A DNA stretch of 64,000 bases from Heteronotia binoei (taxonomy: Eukaryota). Shown here piece after piece: positions 62,331-64,000 of the stretch; the first letter of the stretch is position 1; every line of letters starts with the position of its first letter. The translations under genes were made by a program, and so were the position numbers. The stretch is from positions 27,094,001 through 27,158,000 of the forward strand of contig NC_083228.1 in assembly GCF_032191835.1 (NCBI RefSeq), in the 5' to 3' direction. The notes under the pieces were generated by a model that saw nothing but the letters and a program-made list of their open reading frames with translations, did not search any database and was not told the origin of the DNA.

Positions 62331-62561
62331 GTTATCTCAGCTTCCCCAAACCTCCCTTCCTTTCCTTTGATATTGTTATTATTTAAACTCACTTATCTTC
62401 TCACTTTGCTTCTTATTATGCCAGACGTCTCGTAGTCTGTTTCAGTGTCTTCCGCCTTCAATTACATTCTTTTAAAGCTTGTAACTTTGTTTTCTTAGGG
62501 AGAGTGGGGACAAGGCGTCCGAGTCTTTAGCGCGTGCGCATTGCTCTCCTCATGGAGTAAT

Positions 62562-62719
62562 TTCTATCTTATGGACCCATAGGATAGAATGAAGAGATTG
62601 GGCCCATGCTGTGGTGCAACCCCAGAGAAGGGGTTTAAAGTTTAAAACCCCTTCTTTAGGGTCATCTCACACCAGCGGCCTGATCTCTCCATTCTATCCT
62701 ATGGGCCCATAAGATAGAA
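62562..62719. repeat. ~158-bp palindrome (probable MITE core) abutting the L1 5' end
   Basis: ttctatcttatggacccataggatagaatgaagagat vs atctctccattctatcctatgggcccataagatagaa; centre aaggggtttaaagtttaaaacccctt. Confidence 0.8.
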
Positions 62720-63082
62720 TGGGCTGCCACTGTGGCCCAACTCCAATTAAGAGGTTGCCCCGCTGCCCATGCCTCTTGGAGAGAGGGGAAAAAGCAGGAA
62801 GAAAGCCCCACCAGTCCAGGGGGTCCAGTTCTGTGCCCCTGGACTGGCGGCATGCTAGGCAATTGCCTAAGTCGCCTTGTGGGAGGTCTGGCCCTGAGTT
62901 TGGCCACCCCTGGTAAAGGAGATCCTAGTTGCAAGTATTAACTTTGCAAGTATTTCCAAAGGCTTTGCAAGTATTAACAAGAATATTAATTACAGAGTTG
63001 GGAAAAGATTGATCTCTGGTTTTAGCAACCAAGCAGTTAGGTGTAGGTTCTCTGCCCCTGTATGGGGAGTGTCCTTTACAGT

Positions 63083-63179
63083 CAGTAGATCAGATACCCA
63101 AGGGAGGGGGATAGACCTGCCTTTGGGCCTCAGTAGATCAGATACCCAAGGGAGGGGGATAAACCTGCCTTTAGGCCTC
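63083..63179 (+). repeat. 48-bp tandem duplication
   Basis: cagtagatcagatacccaagggagggggata(g/a)acctgccttt(g/a)ggcct occurs twice. Confidence 0.9.
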
Positions 63180-63551
63180 TGTAGAAGGACCTGGAACCAA
63201 ATCTTCTTCTGCCAAAAGGAGTGACCAGTATGCAAGGGAGTCATCCTTAACTAATGTGGCAGCAGCCCTCCTTTTTGGGGACAAGGGAGAGAAGGCATAG
63301 AATAGGGTTTGATTCTAGGTTAACTGGAAGGCATCCCCTAGAAAGTGAGGGTTGATGCCTACTCCGAAGCAGAACAAGGGAACTTAGGAGCTGAACCTTG
63401 AGGCAAAAAGGTTCACTGTAGGGAAACTCCATTGTGCAAACAGGGGGTAGATATAGTCTTGATGAATGGACTACTCATGCGTGGGTTCTCCTAATCTGCT
63501 GAGCACATCTGCAGTGATATTTTCCAAATCGGCAATATGGATGGCCTAGAG

Positions 63552-63723
63552 CAGGGGTGGCCAAACTGTGGCTCTTTCACATATATTGTGTGGCTCTTGA
63601 AGGCCCTAATGCCCCATCAGCTGGCTTGGAGAAGCATTTCTCTCTTTAAACCACTTATTCAAGCCACCCAGCAACTTGGAGAATGCATTTAAAGTTAAAG
63701 TTGCTTTCTTTCCACCTCTCCCT
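63552..63723. mobile_element. Partial hAT MITE (same family as 55980-56401, opposite orientation), cut by a gap (144 N, 63724-63867)
   Basis: caggggtggccaaactgtggctc...gttgctttctttccacctctccct then Ns. Confidence 0.75.
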
Positions 63724-63867
63724 NNNNNNNNNNNNNNNNNNNNNNNNNNNNNNNNNNNNNNNNNNNNNNNNNNNNNNNNNNNNNNNNNNNNNNNNNNNNN
63801 NNNNNNNNNNNNNNNNNNNNNNNNNNNNNNNNNNNNNNNNNNNNNNNNNNNNNNNNNNNNNNNNNNN

Positions 63868-64000
63868 GCTGGGCTCACAAGTTGTGTTCTTGTCAGTGGT
63901 TCCTGTTGAAGGGTGTGGTTTAGGACGAGAAAGAAGAATACTTCAAATAAACGACTGGCTACGTCGATGGTGTCATCAGGAAAGATTCAGATTTCTGGAC
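63868..64000 (+). mobile_element. CR1 ORF1 esterase-domain fragment running off the window end
   Basis: Frame reads LGSQVVFLSVVPVEGCGLGRERRILQINDWLRRWCHQERFRFLD. Confidence 0.8.

Larger units (their letters stand above)
57390..62552 (-). mobile_element. Near full-length L1-clade LINE (~5.2 kb), decayed
   Basis: CpG-rich 5' UTR; ORF1; ORF2 with EN (LTLNVNGL, LQETH, NIYAPN, GDFN, SDHAP), RT (YRPISLLNQDYKIF, LDVYKAFD, GVRQGCPISP, LFADNL, YLGI) and C-terminal CWHC..HMWWEC; AATAAA followed by an (AT)n tail. Confidence 0.96.

Noticed and set aside
19510-64000. NEUROG3 or any other host gene downstream of TSPAN15
   Set aside because: No bHLH-coding or CpG-island exon was seen; all long ORFs belong to transposons or are low-complexity/chance frames.

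Overview
Vertebrate (squamate, most likely gecko) genomic DNA. The first ~19.5 kb holds seven coding exons (exons 2-8 by human numbering) and the probable 3' UTR of the tetraspanin TSPAN15 on the + strand. Exon 1 lies upstream of the window; all splice sites are GT-AG and all introns are phase 0. The remaining ~44 kb is gene-free and packed with often nested transposons. These include a full-length CR1 (zinc finger + esterase ORF1) interrupted by an L2 and a Squam3-type SINE, a near full-length decayed L1, L2 and RTE-X fragments, two solo LTRs with unusual TG...TA ends, a hAT transposase relic, many hAT MITEs with 8-bp TSDs, palindromic Harbinger-like MITEs, 5S-derived SINEs, Penelope-like inverted ends and a U6 pseudogene. 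I found no convincing novel protein-coding system. The most interesting unexplained structures are palindromic MITEs carrying divergent CTCF-type motifs, two short locally templated insertions with flanking duplications, a candidate 36-nt in-frame cassette exon, a TG...TA LTR family and a candidate endoderm/neural enhancer on the side where NEUROG3 sits in mammals. Everything was read by eye; repeat family names come from recalled consensus features, not database searches.
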